Assembly: GCA_963718525.1 (NCBI GenBank)
Contig: OY970355.1
Span: forward strand, 1,568,001-1,632,000
DNA: 64,000 bases
DNA from: Candidatus Dormiibacterota bacterium
GTDB lineage: Bacteria > Chloroflexota > Dormibacteria > Aeolococcales > Aeolococcaceae
Direction: 5' to 3'
Below, piece by piece: positions 1 to 7,685 of the stretch (its first letter is position 1; each line of letters starts with the position of its first letter). The position numbers and the translations under genes are program-made. The notes below the pieces were generated by a model, which saw only the letters and a list, made by a program, of their open reading frames with translations, ran no database searches and had not been told where the DNA came from.

Positions 1-294
1 ATCGCGGTGCTGACCGGCGGGATTGGACTCGCAGTACACGTGTGGGGGCTCATCGCCATCCTCACCCTGTTCGCCGCAATCGCGCTGCTCTTCACGGCTC
101 GGTACCCTCGCGGCATCTTCGACTTCGTCATGGGTCTCAACCGCTGGGTGCTTCGCGTGCTTGTCTACGTGCTCTTGATGCGTGACGAATATCCGCCGTT
201 CCGATTGGATCCGGGCGGCAGCGAAACCCCTCCGCACCCGAGTGCGCCTCCGGCGCCGGTGTCAGGATTGATACCCGTTCCGCCGCCCCTGTGA
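1..294 (+). CDS. DUF4389-like membrane protein, 5' truncated by window edge
   Basis: ILFTARYPRGIFDF...RWVLRV..Y..LMRDEYPPF motif, Pro-rich tail. Confidence 0.75.
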   Translation: MAVLTGGIGLAVHVWGLIAILTLFAAIALLFTARYPRGIFDFVMGLNRWVLRVLVYVLLMRDEYPPFRLDPGGSETPPHPSAPPAPVSGLIPVPPPL

Positions 295-303
295 GTCGAT
301 CCG

Positions 304-786
304 TCACCCACCGGCAATTGGAGTGCTCAGCCCCAGGCCGAGATCTCGCTGGACGAGGTTGATCGCGGCCTGGAGGTTGAACTCATCGCCGACGAACTGC
401 GTTGTTGACACGGCGCCACTCGCGACGCCGGCGAGGTCGATACGAACCGTAGCTGCCGCATTGACGAGCGTGTGCACGTCACTCCCGGCTGCGGAGGGGA
501 ATTGGATGCCGAGCAGTGTGTTGCTGAAGGCCTGCAGCGCCTGCGCGTACGCCGCGTCAATCGGGGCCTCGTTGGCCACGGTGTTCGTGCCCGCGGCGAC
601 AAGCGACTGGCCGAGAGTGTCCCAGGTTGTCGTGGCGGCGTCGAGGGCTGCGCCCGCATTTGCGTATTGCTGGATGTAGCTCGCGTTGGTCGATGGCGTG
701 CTGTTTCCCGACACCGTGCCTCCACAGCCGGCGAGAACGATGACGACGAACGGGCCCACGACGGAACGCACCAACGGTCTTGTCAC
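304..786 (-). CDS. Hypothetical lipoprotein
   Basis: Signal peptide ending in lipobox LAGC, Ser/Thr linker, helical domain; GGAGG upstream of GTG. Confidence 0.7.
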   Translation of the reverse strand: MTRPLVRSVVGPFVVIVLAGCGGTVSGNSTPSTNASYIQQYANAGAALDAATTTWDTLGQSLVAAGTNTVANEAPIDAAYAQALQAFSNTLLGIQFPSAAGSDVHTLVNAAATVRIDLAGVASGAVSTTQFVGDEFNLQAAINLVQRDLGLGLSTPIAGG

Positions 787-844
787 GACCTACCTCCAAG
801 GGCACTGTACGGCAGGGGTGACTGAGCGAGCCGGTACCGGCCCG

Positions 845-1039
845 TCAAGCGGGAGGCTGGGGTCCCCTGGCGGTCGGCAAGCTGATCGGGCCGATGCGCG
901 AGAGCACGTAGAAGGCGATCGCGAAAAGTGCCAATGCCACGGCGGTCCGGGACAGCACGGCATTCGTGGTTAACTCGACCACTCCTGCCACCAGGAACAG
1001 GGTGAAGCTGACAACGATGCAGAAGTCCTTGAAGGTCAT
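845..1039 (-). CDS. Small two-TM membrane protein (64 aa)
   Basis: Strong SD GAGGAGG about 7 nt before ATG; two hydrophobic segments. Confidence 0.65.
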   Translation of the reverse strand: MTFKDFCIVVSFTLFLVAGVVELTTNAVLSRTAVALALFAIAFYVLSRIGPISLPTARGPQPPA

Positions 1040-1189
1040 GGTTCGTCCTCCTCTTCAGAGCAGAATGAACCAGGCTCGCTGCCAGACAGGTCGGTTCATT
1101 GCCGCAACGCTGGCACTTGGGCGCAGCACGTGTCAAGCCGGCACTGAGTCATTGCCGGATGAGCTCGGCTGAAAAGGTGCGCGGCCGGC

Positions 1190-1816
1190 TCAGGAGTCCG
1201 AGAGGGAGGTGTCGGCGACGGCCACTCGGGCGCGGCCGGAGGCCTTGGCAGCCTTTGCCGCCTTTCGAGCCGCGGCCTGAGCTGCCTCCTGATGGGCGAC
1301 GCCCGCGCCCGCCGCGAGCCCGGCCGAGAACGTCACCTCGACATCGCCGAAGCGCAACTCGCATCGCGCACGTTGGATCAGATCCTCGAGTTCTTCGACC
1401 ACCGCGGCGACGTCGGCGCCAGGCACGATGACCAGAAACTCGTCGCCACCCCAGCGCGCGGCGATCGAGTTCGGCGGGAGTGATTGCAGGAGTTGAGCCA
1501 CGCCGGCAAGCGCCTCATCGCCTGCTTCCCAGTTTTGATCGTCGAGCCCGTTCAGCTCGCGCAAATTGTCGATGTCGACAAAAGCGACCACGCGCGGGCC
1601 GGAGAGGCTCGGGAGGATCTCCTTGAACCCGCGGCGGTTTCGAAGGCCGGTGAGATCGTCGTACAAGCCGATCGTGGCTCGATGTTCCGCCGACGCGAGC
1701 CGATCGCGAAGATCCTCTGCCTGGCCGGCGAGCTGGCCGTCGCGCCGCTCCAGCGCCTCCAGGCGCTGGTGAAGCTCACGGTTTGCCTCGATGCGGTCCG
1801 CCACTGGACCTCCCAC
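1190..1816 (-). CDS. GGDEF diguanylate cyclase domain preceded by coiled coil (probably 3' half of a frameshifted gene)
   Basis: YDDLTGLRNRRGF, VDIDNLRELN, GDEAL, ARWGGDEF. Confidence 0.8.
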   Translation of the reverse strand: MGGPVADRIEANRELHQRLEALERRDGQLAGQAEDLRDRLASAEHRATIGLYDDLTGLRNRRGFKEILPSLSGPRVVAFVDIDNLRELNGLDDQNWEAGDEALAGVAQLLQSLPPNSIAARWGGDEFLVIVPGADVAAVVEELEDLIQRARCELRFGDVEVTFSAGLAAGAGVAHQEAAQAAARKAAKAAKASGRARVAVADTSLSDS

Positions 1817-2280
1817 AGCAGATCGCTCGCCACGGGTTTCCGACTGGGGCCCTGTCTGAACGTTGTGCGGAGCCGGAGCCGGATGCTGGTGTCGCGGATG
1901 AGCAGTGGACGCCCGGCGACGTCAAGCCTGATCCTCCGCGCCAGCTGGGACAGACTCTCCTGCGCATCGATGCGATTCACCAACACGGCGAACTCGTCGC
2001 CGCCGACACGTGCGAGACAACTCGGTGGTCGCTCCGTGAACGAGGCTCGGAGTCGATCAGCAACCTGTACCAGAACCTCGTCGCCAAAGTCGAAACCGTA
2101 TTGTGCGTTGATCGCTCGCAGACCCTCGATGTCGATCAGCACGATCCCGTACGCAGCCCCATCGCCGTCAGCGCGGCAACGAGCGTCGACCTCCGCATCA
2201 ATGCTCATGAACATGTGGATCGTCGCCCGTCCCGTCTGGCGATCTGAGCCGAACCCATGGTTGTCTCCCATCTGCATCAT
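1552..2280 (-). CDS. GGDEF domain protein (probably 5' half; meaningful frame ends near 1800)
   Basis: LIDIEGLRAINAQYGFDFGDEVL...ARVGGDEFAVL; tail runs out of frame over the next ORF. Confidence 0.7.
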   Translation of the reverse strand: MMQMGDNHGFGSDRQTGRATIHMFMSIDAEVDARCRADGDGAAYGIVLIDIEGLRAINAQYGFDFGDEVLVQVADRLRASFTERPPSCLARVGGDEFAVLVNRIDAQESLSQLARRIRLDVAGRPLLIRDTSIRLRLRTTFRQGPSRKPVASDLLWEVQWRTASRQTVSFTSAWRRWSGATASSPARQRIFAIGSRRRNIEPRSACTTISPAFETAAGSRRSSRASPARAWSLLSTSTICAS

Positions 2281-2519
2281 AGGGTCACCTGTGGTGGCGA
2301 ATCACGGGTCGCGTTAGCGCGACCGGGTCGCAACGGAGTGATGCGCGTGCGCCTGTGACAAGTCGGTTGTGACCCTCGTCGCCGCGTGCGACGCGTGCAT
2401 GCTGATGGAGCGCGTCGGCCGACCCGAACCGCTCGGTTCCGCCAACGTGTAGCTCGGGGAACGAGCTGCCATCTTGGCATGCCACTCGCCGAACACTCGG
2501 CGAGCAAACGGAGACGAGC

Positions 2520-3677
2520 ATGCCGAAGAAGCACCTACTCAGCCGCCTACCGTCGCTGGGACGCGGCCACGCAACATCCGTTGGTCAACCGGACGTCGCC
2601 CCGCACGTCGAGGCGCAGGAGAGCGAACTCGGGGGTCGGATCTTCGAGCTCAAGCCCGGTCTCGTCCCGGGGTCGGTCGTCGAAATGGTTGTCGTTGACG
2701 GACGCGCCCAGGGCTACGTGATGCGTCGCTCACCGAACTTCGTGGTCTGGTCGGAGCTGGCGGATCGCGTCCACGTGCAAGGGGCGGGACTGCCATGGGT
2801 ATGCATCGCGCGAATGTGGGAAGGCCCGCGCGGTGCTGCGATCAGCGATGACGAACAGTGGTGCGTTGTCGTGGGGCTCGGATTCATCGCCTTCCCGCTG
2901 CGCCCCGGGCGGGAGGTGCGGTCGCACTGGCGCCATCCGTTCCACGAGCGGTGGCAACTTCATCTCCCCATGACCGGCGATCTCGCAGAGGCAATCATGT
3001 TCACGCGCGTACGAGCCCTGACGGGACACTGTTTCGGACTGTCGACACAATGGGGCCTCGGAAATACATGGACCACCCGTGAATGGATCTATGACGCTGA
3101 CACCGACACGATCGGAGAACCCACTGACACCATCGACGAGGCGAAGCGACGCATGGCCATACGCCCTGGGGTGTCGCCAACCTACGCCGAGGAACGTCAA
3201 CTCGCGGCAGCACTCCGTGGTGATGGCGCCGAGTCGACGGCTGAGGCCGGAACCACCTTCGAGCCGAATCCCCAAGGCGGAGAAACGGTCCTCGCCAAGG
3301 GAAATCCTGTCGGCGCGGTGCTGTGCAGATCGCCGAACTTTGTCGTGTGGCAGGAATTGGGCACCATGGTCTGCGTGGAGGGCGATGAGCTCCCGTGGTT
3401 GCTCCTCGATGACATGTGCGGAGGCGTGAGAGCCGCCGCGATCAGCGCTGACCAGGAATGGTGCGTCGTCGCCGGCTGCGGCTTTCGTGTCCGTCGCCTG
3501 CGCATCGCGGGCGAGTTCCGAACGCATGGCGCGGATCCCGGGAGCATCCTCTGGATCGACGACGTGACGGCACTTGATGGCCACACGTTCCGGCTTCACG
3601 GCGGTGGCGCAGGTCCCGCCGCTCGGGACTATGTCTACGACGCCGACAGCGATGAACTCCGCCTCATCACTCGATAA
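2520..3677 (+). CDS. Hypothetical protein built from two homologous ~200-aa units
   Basis: RSPNFVVW...AAIS.D..WCVV.G.GF...YDAD.D occurs twice; SD GGAG before ATG. Confidence 0.7.
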   Translation: MPKKHLLSRLPSLGRGHATSVGQPDVAPHVEAQESELGGRIFELKPGLVPGSVVEMVVVDGRAQGYVMRRSPNFVVWSELADRVHVQGAGLPWVCIARMWEGPRGAAISDDEQWCVVVGLGFIAFPLRPGREVRSHWRHPFHERWQLHLPMTGDLAEAIMFTRVRALTGHCFGLSTQWGLGNTWTTREWIYDADTDTIGEPTDTIDEAKRRMAIRPGVSPTYAEERQLAAALRGDGAESTAEAGTTFEPNPQGGETVLAKGNPVGAVLCRSPNFVVWQELGTMVCVEGDELPWLLLDDMCGGVRAAAISADQEWCVVAGCGFRVRRLRIAGEFRTHGADPGSILWIDDVTALDGHTFRLHGGGAGPAARDYVYDADSDELRLITR

Positions 3678-3761
3678 CAGCCGACAAGCACAGTTCGGCG
3701 AGCATCCCGCTTCGGGGGCGACGGCGTGGGGATCGTGGCGCGAGCCGCCTCCATGCCCAGC

Positions 3762-5036
3762 TCATCTCACGACGATGTCGATAGCCCACGGGGCGCCGGG
3801 ATTGATGGGAAGGATCAGCCTCGTGCCAGGACGGGCTGCCTGAATGGTGCGCGCCTGTCGCGGCCAGTCGAAGTTGACAAACGGGGTGTACGCCCAGGTC
3901 CCAAACCCGGAGGCGAACGCCACCCCTCCGGCGATCCAGGCCGTGCGTCTCATCCAACTCCGAGGCAGTTGAGCCACGGCCCATATCAGCGTGGCAACCC
4001 AAGCCACCCGAGCCATGAAGAAGTATCGTCCGCCTGCTTCGCTGGTCGCCAGGATGAACCACTGGTTGCCGCCTGAGGACACAAGCGGAGACAGCAGCGA
4101 GGCAGTGACGATGCCGAGGGCGGTGAGCCCGAAGAGTTTCAACTCCCACGGCGCCTTCTTGACCGCGTACAGCACGACCGGGAGGGTGAGCAGACAGATG
4201 AGACCCGCCAACAGCGCGCCGTGCGCTTTGCCAGCAAGGTAGACATGCGTATGTCCTGGCTCGGCAAAGATGCCGGCGAGGATGATGCGATCGCTGAGAA
4301 TGAGCACGAGATTGCCAAAACTCGCCCCGATGTCTGTCTCCATGCGAGGGGAGAGCCTGCTGGCGTAGAGCTGTGCCGCGAGCGCGAGTCCGAAGATGGC
4401 AAGAAGCACAAGAGTGAACCGCCTTCGGCGAACCAGGTACCAAAGTGCGGTTATCGGGAAGAGGATGAAGACAAACGGCCCCGACAGTCCGCAGAGCAAC
4501 GCGGTCGCCGCGTCGAAGAGCCGCCAATACCATCGGGTTGGTTCCGGCGCGATGACCACGAGCGTTGCGAGGATGGCGAGGTGCACCGGCGCCGTTGTGA
4601 TCGACACGTTGAGTTCGTCGGCAGGCATCAGCAGGTAGATGCAACTGAGTACTACGCGAACCCAGAACATCGGCACCACTGGATCGAAGCGCGAGCTGAG
4701 GAAGTAGAAGACAGGGGCCAGTTGCAGGAGGAGTCCGCAGATGTTGTAGACGAGGGGCTGATTGGCGATCCCGAACGGGGCGCCGATGACCGGGCCGAGA
4801 CGCGACACCAACTGAAAGGAGCCTGACGACGACAGGCCGAGCGCGTGCAGGGGGCCGAGGTTATAGGCGTCGGAGAACCATCGGAGTCCATCCTCTGCGT
4901 AGAACTGCGGGTTGGTGAATGCGTCGATCCGGTGTGCAACCACGATCGCAGTTGCCGTGAGCATGAGCAGTGCGAAAGTCCAAGGTCGTGCGGCGAGACG
5001 GAGTGACCGCGATTGCTGGCTCATGCTGATGCGCAC
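3762..5036 (-). CDS. GtrC/GtrX-like polytopic membrane glycosyltransferase (GT-C)
   Basis: NPQFYAEDG..WFSDAYN.G motif after first TM, GRYFF, IPINP C-terminus; many TM segments. Confidence 0.65.
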   Translation of the reverse strand: MRISMSQQSRSLRLAARPWTFALLMLTATAIVVAHRIDAFTNPQFYAEDGLRWFSDAYNLGPLHALGLSSSGSFQLVSRLGPVIGAPFGIANQPLVYNICGLLLQLAPVFYFLSSRFDPVVPMFWVRVVLSCIYLLMPADELNVSITTAPVHLAILATLVVIAPEPTRWYWRLFDAATALLCGLSGPFVFILFPITALWYLVRRRRFTLVLLAIFGLALAAQLYASRLSPRMETDIGASFGNLVLILSDRIILAGIFAEPGHTHVYLAGKAHGALLAGLICLLTLPVVLYAVKKAPWELKLFGLTALGIVTASLLSPLVSSGGNQWFILATSEAGGRYFFMARVAWVATLIWAVAQLPRSWMRRTAWIAGGVAFASGFGTWAYTPFVNFDWPRQARTIQAARPGTRLILPINPGAPWAIDIVVR

Positions 5037-5060
5037 TCAGCGATCTCCACGGCGGGAGTG

Positions 5061-5083
5061 TAAAGAGTGCCGGTATCCGGCAC
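5061..5083 (-). terminator. Possible intrinsic terminator downstream of tRNA-Thr
   Basis: GTGCCGG-ATA-CCGGCAC hairpin followed by TCTTTA on minus strand; weak U tract. Confidence 0.3.
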
Positions 5084-5179
5084 CGGACGTGCCCAGGTGC
5101 CAGCGTCGTAGGCATGAAGCGACGTGGGCTCGCAGCGGCCATTCGACCCCGCGAGGACCGATCTGGCTCGAAATTGGCA

Positions 5180-5251
5180 AGCCGACGGGGAGATTCGAAC
5201 TCCCGGCCAATGGTTTACGAAACCATTGCTCTACCACTGAGCTACGTCGGC
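5180..5251 (-). tRNA. tRNA-Thr (anticodon CGT), CCA not encoded
   Basis: GCCGACG acceptor stem, AGCTCAGTGGTAGAGC D arm, ATGGT-TTCGTAA-ACCAT anticodon arm, GTTCGAATC T loop. Confidence 0.95.
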
Positions 5252-6378
5252 GCGGAGTCGAAGCCTACCAAGGGCCCACGGGACCACCGCGCCGGCCGTT
5301 CCAGGAAGCCGCCGATCGAGGCCACCTCTCGGCCGATCGCCGGGTCGGCGCGGCGGCCGATCCGATCGAACGGCATGACCGTGATCTCGATCTGACCAGA
5401 CCGCTGTTCGAGGCGCCAGCCCCCGGCGATCCACCCGTCCACGCAGATCACGGGGCGGATCCAGCCACCGCCGCCGTCGTGGATCCATGTCTCAGCGGCC
5501 AGGTCGCCGACGTGCTCACGCCTCCGATAACCGAGGAGAAAGGTGTCGAAGTGGCCGAGCAGACGCACCGCCGGCCGGACCGTTTCGGGATCAGAGGCCA
5601 CAGGCCCCAATGTCCAGAGGCCGTGGACCGGCCCGGGATACTCCATCAGCTCCGAGCTCAGCGCGGTCATCGCAGCGCGTATCGCCGGCCGCGGCAGGCG
5701 TGACCACGCGGCGAAGTCCGCCTCGCTCGCGGGTCCGTACGCGGCGAAGTACCGGTGGGCAAGCTCGGCGAGTGCGGCCTGGCCGCGCGGTCCCTTGGAC
5801 CGCGGTACCCAGTCATCCAGCAGCACGAAGCTGTCGTCCCGGCCCATGCGAGGCCCGGAGCACACGATTCCCAGCGCGGCTGCGTGATAGAGGAGATGCA
5901 GTAGCGCCTGACCCACAGGTTCCTCGAGGACACCCGCGCTCACCAGACGCTCGCGGATCTGGCGGCGAGCCATCGGGCCGCCGGCGAGTGCCTCGCGAAT
6001 CACCGCGACACCGCGCTCACACTTCGCATCATCGAGGCCGAGATTTCTGCGTTGACTCGCGGCGAAGCGGTCGACCGCAGGACCGAAGACATCGATCAAC
6101 CAGCGCAGGTCGTCTGCTGCACAGAGATGCAGTGTTCCGCGCATCAACCATGTTCGCACCACCGAGCGGTCCTGCTCAAACGCGTAGTCCACCGCCGCGG
6201 CGGTGAGCCCCGCGCTTCGAACGCGCACCTGGTGGCGCGCGGCATCGAAGGCCTGCGCCTGGAGCGCGCACATCGCGCGTGCCACCGCCGCCACATCCGC
6301 GCGCAACCGCGTGTCGTCGGTGAGGTGTTGTGAGCGCAGACGTGCGAAGCGCAGTGGGAGCAGGGCGGCGTCAGGCAT
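5242..6378 (-). CDS. AlkZ/YcaQ family winged-helix DNA glycosylase
   Basis: LQAQ catalytic motif, VRTWLMRGTLH, YFAAYGPA...DFAAWS, LLGHFDTFLLGY. Confidence 0.9.
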   Translation of the reverse strand: MPDAALLPLRFARLRSQHLTDDTRLRADVAAVARAMCALQAQAFDAARHQVRVRSAGLTAAAVDYAFEQDRSVVRTWLMRGTLHLCAADDLRWLIDVFGPAVDRFAASQRRNLGLDDAKCERGVAVIREALAGGPMARRQIRERLVSAGVLEEPVGQALLHLLYHAAALGIVCSGPRMGRDDSFVLLDDWVPRSKGPRGQAALAELAHRYFAAYGPASEADFAAWSRLPRPAIRAAMTALSSELMEYPGPVHGLWTLGPVASDPETVRPAVRLLGHFDTFLLGYRRREHVGDLAAETWIHDGGGGWIRPVICVDGWIAGGWRLEQRSGQIEITVMPFDRIGRRADPAIGREVASIGGFLERPARWSRGPLVGFDSAPT

Positions 6379-6386
6379 GCTGGGAC

Positions 6387-7586
6387 TCAGAAGAAGTCAG
6401 GCATCCAGGGAAGGCCGCCGGCGATGAGCGCGTCCATCGCGGTCACCAGGGACGGGTCACCCTCGAGCAGCCCGAGCCGGACCGCATCCTGGGCTCGCAG
6501 GGCGCTCGAATACCAGGCGGACAGCGCGCCGATGCCGCAGCGAATTGCGCCGGCTCCTCCGGGCGTCACCCGGCCGCATCCGTTTTCGACCTCGAGGACC
6601 ACGCGCTCGACGCCGGTCACCGGGTCGTTGACCTCAAGATCCACCCGACCGGCGGCGCGTGCCGGCCAGCCTCGTGCGCTCATCGCCTTGTCGATGTCGA
6701 CGATGCGCTGCAGCCAGCAGATGAAGCCCTGGATCTCCATATTGCGGTGCGGCTCGGGGAGGATCCACAACAGGGGCGACGCGTCCGTCACCGCCGAGTG
6801 GACGAACACCACCTCGCTGCTCATCGAGTCCTGCCCACCGAGGAAGCCGAGCAGGCCCAGCATCGCGTCGCGCGTCGTGAAGACGAGCTCCTGGACGCGA
6901 AGACGAATCCAGGAACCTGGCTGGCGCTCGGACTCATAGCGGACAAACCCGGTGAGCTCGTTCCCCTCATACCAGCCGTATTCGGAGCGCGGCGGCTCTG
7001 GATCGCCCGGGTCCCACTCCACCGACAGGAACCAATCCGGACGATCGAGGGGACCGTCCCATTTCGCGAGGTGGGCGCGACGCATCGCCTCCACGGCGGC
7101 GCGGTCCGGCTTGGCGCGAATCCTGCCGGATCCGGAAAGCCCGGTCAGCGCCGAGGTCCGTACGACCTGCCGGAGGGTCTGCGAGCAGACCTCCCAACCC
7201 CAGCGGCGATACAGGCGGACAGTCGTCGCGTGGAGGGGTGCGAGTGCAGACCCCTGCTCGCGCGCCAGCGAGACGCAGTCGCGCATGAGCGCCCCCGCGA
7301 CGCCCTGGCGGCGCCAGGCGGGATGCACGGCGACGGCGGTGACCGCCTGCGCCGGCACCGGTTTCCCACCGAAGAACTGTCCGACAGGGAGGAGCATGTA
7401 GCCGCCGATGATCTCGCCGTCTGCATGCGCGAGCCGGAGCGGGGCGTGTGGCGCCGCAGCGGTGAGCCAGCGCATGTTGGTGGCCGCCTGGCCGGCGAAC
7501 AACTCCGCGTCGACCTCGGCAAAGCGCTGGAGGTCCTGCTCACCATGCGCGTCTCGAATCTCGACTGCGGATCGGTCTCGTTCCAT
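6387..7586 (-). CDS. Eis-like GNAT acetyltransferase (tandem GNAT + SCP2-like domain)
   Basis: QFFGG, VTAVAVHPAWRRQGVA, LYRRWGWE, WLQRIVD, PWMPDFF end; start set at ATG 7586. Confidence 0.85.
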   Translation of the reverse strand: MERDRSAVEIRDAHGEQDLQRFAEVDAELFAGQAATNMRWLTAAAPHAPLRLAHADGEIIGGYMLLPVGQFFGGKPVPAQAVTAVAVHPAWRRQGVAGALMRDCVSLAREQGSALAPLHATTVRLYRRWGWEVCSQTLRQVVRTSALTGLSGSGRIRAKPDRAAVEAMRRAHLAKWDGPLDRPDWFLSVEWDPGDPEPPRSEYGWYEGNELTGFVRYESERQPGSWIRLRVQELVFTTRDAMLGLLGFLGGQDSMSSEVVFVHSAVTDASPLLWILPEPHRNMEIQGFICWLQRIVDIDKAMSARGWPARAAGRVDLEVNDPVTGVERVVLEVENGCGRVTPGGAGAIRCGIGALSAWYSSALRAQDAVRLGLLEGDPSLVTAMDALIAGGLPWMPDFF

Positions 7587-7685
7587 GAGCGCCCGAGTGT
7601 ACTCGCGGCCGCCGGGACGCCTCGATCGTTGCATCGGCACGGCGCTCGTTTGGGCTGGGCGAGGACTCGGGATACCCTTTATGTC

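Noticed and set aside
1040-1190. c-di-GMP riboswitch next to the GGDEF gene
   Set aside because: Hairpins exist (AATGAACC/GGTTCATT, CCGGCA/TGCCGG) but no GEMM consensus was recognised
2277-2534. Short ORFs between the GGDEF gene and the duplicated-domain gene
   Set aside because: No motifs or SD support; likely a divergent promoter region
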